NCBI GenBank assembly: GCA_013239625.1
Contig: MU054323.1
Coordinates: forward strand, 620,001 to 684,000
Reading direction: 5' to 3'
DNA from: Lama guanicoe
Taxonomy: Eukaryota
DNA length: 64,000 nucleotides
The notes beneath the pieces are model-generated. The model was not told the origin of the DNA. It did no database searches and was given only the letters and a program-made list of their open reading frames with translations. Below, piece after piece: positions 63,560 through 64,000 of the stretch. Each line of letters begins with the position of its first letter. The first letter of the stretch is position 1. A program made the translations under genes and the position numbers.

Positions 63560-63800
63560 TTTACTAAGGACTCACCATAGTCCAGGCACTGTACTAGCTG
63601 TGAAGTGGATAATAAACAAGATGTGATTCCTACCCTTGAGAAGTCCACACTGCAGTGTGGGAAGCAGACATTCAAGAAAGTTGCGATGCCCTGTGATGGG
63701 TGCTACGTCCTGAGTACACAGCATGTGCATCATTTCTGGCTGGGGATGTTGAGGAAAGTTTCACAGGTAAAGGGGCCTTTGAGCTGGACCTTGGAAGCCA
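63560..63800 (-). mobile_element. LINE-2 3' end
   Basis: ttactaaggactcaccatagtccaggcactgtactag...tttgagctggaccttg. Confidence 0.6.
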
Positions 63801-63884
63801 CGCAGGACCCTAGGACCTGATCCAGGAACAGAAGAAATTAAGTGCTCAGGCTCGGCAGAGGGGGAGCTGGTCCAAGCCCTGGAT

Positions 63885-63965
63885 TCACCACCACATTGCA
63901 CTGTGACCTCGAGCCGAGTCATTTCACCTCCCTGGGCCTCAGTTTCTCCATTCATAAAGGGGAGA
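63885..63965 (+). mobile_element. MIR SINE core
   Basis: ctgtgacctcgagccgagtcatttcacctccctgggcctcagtttctccattcataaagggg. Confidence 0.7.
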
Positions 63966-64000
63966 GGTTGTTCAGCTGATATTTAAAGACTCTGTGCTGG

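Noticed and set aside
1..64000. CRISPR array, operon or other prokaryote-type system
   Set aside because: The sequence is mammalian repeat-rich DNA with no regularly spaced repeat-spacer array and no gene-dense region

Overview
Mammalian, almost certainly camelid (camel/alpaca/llama), non-coding DNA. The lineage call rests on three copies of a short tRNA-derived SINE matching the camelid Vic-1-type element and on artiodactyl-type LINE-1 3' ends. I recognise no protein-coding exon, processed pseudogene or structural RNA gene. The ORF track is explained by chance ORFs, low-complexity DNA and transposon remnants. The window is a mosaic of old repeats (L2, MIR, MLT1 and MER21 LTRs, MER58 and MER2 DNA transposons, old L1) and younger L1/SINE insertions with visible target-site duplications (TSDs). 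Several repeat-free blocks look regulatory. Structural oddities: a 2.18-kb near-identical duplication across a 32-N gap and a 213-bp tandem duplication, both probably haplotype-assembly artefacts; a 45-bp near-perfect direct repeat 1,977 bp apart; a probable twin-primed L1; and a fold-back triplication inside a solo LTR. I see no convincing evidence for a novel biological system. Repeat family names come from remembered consensus sequences, and coordinates of old repeats are approximate.
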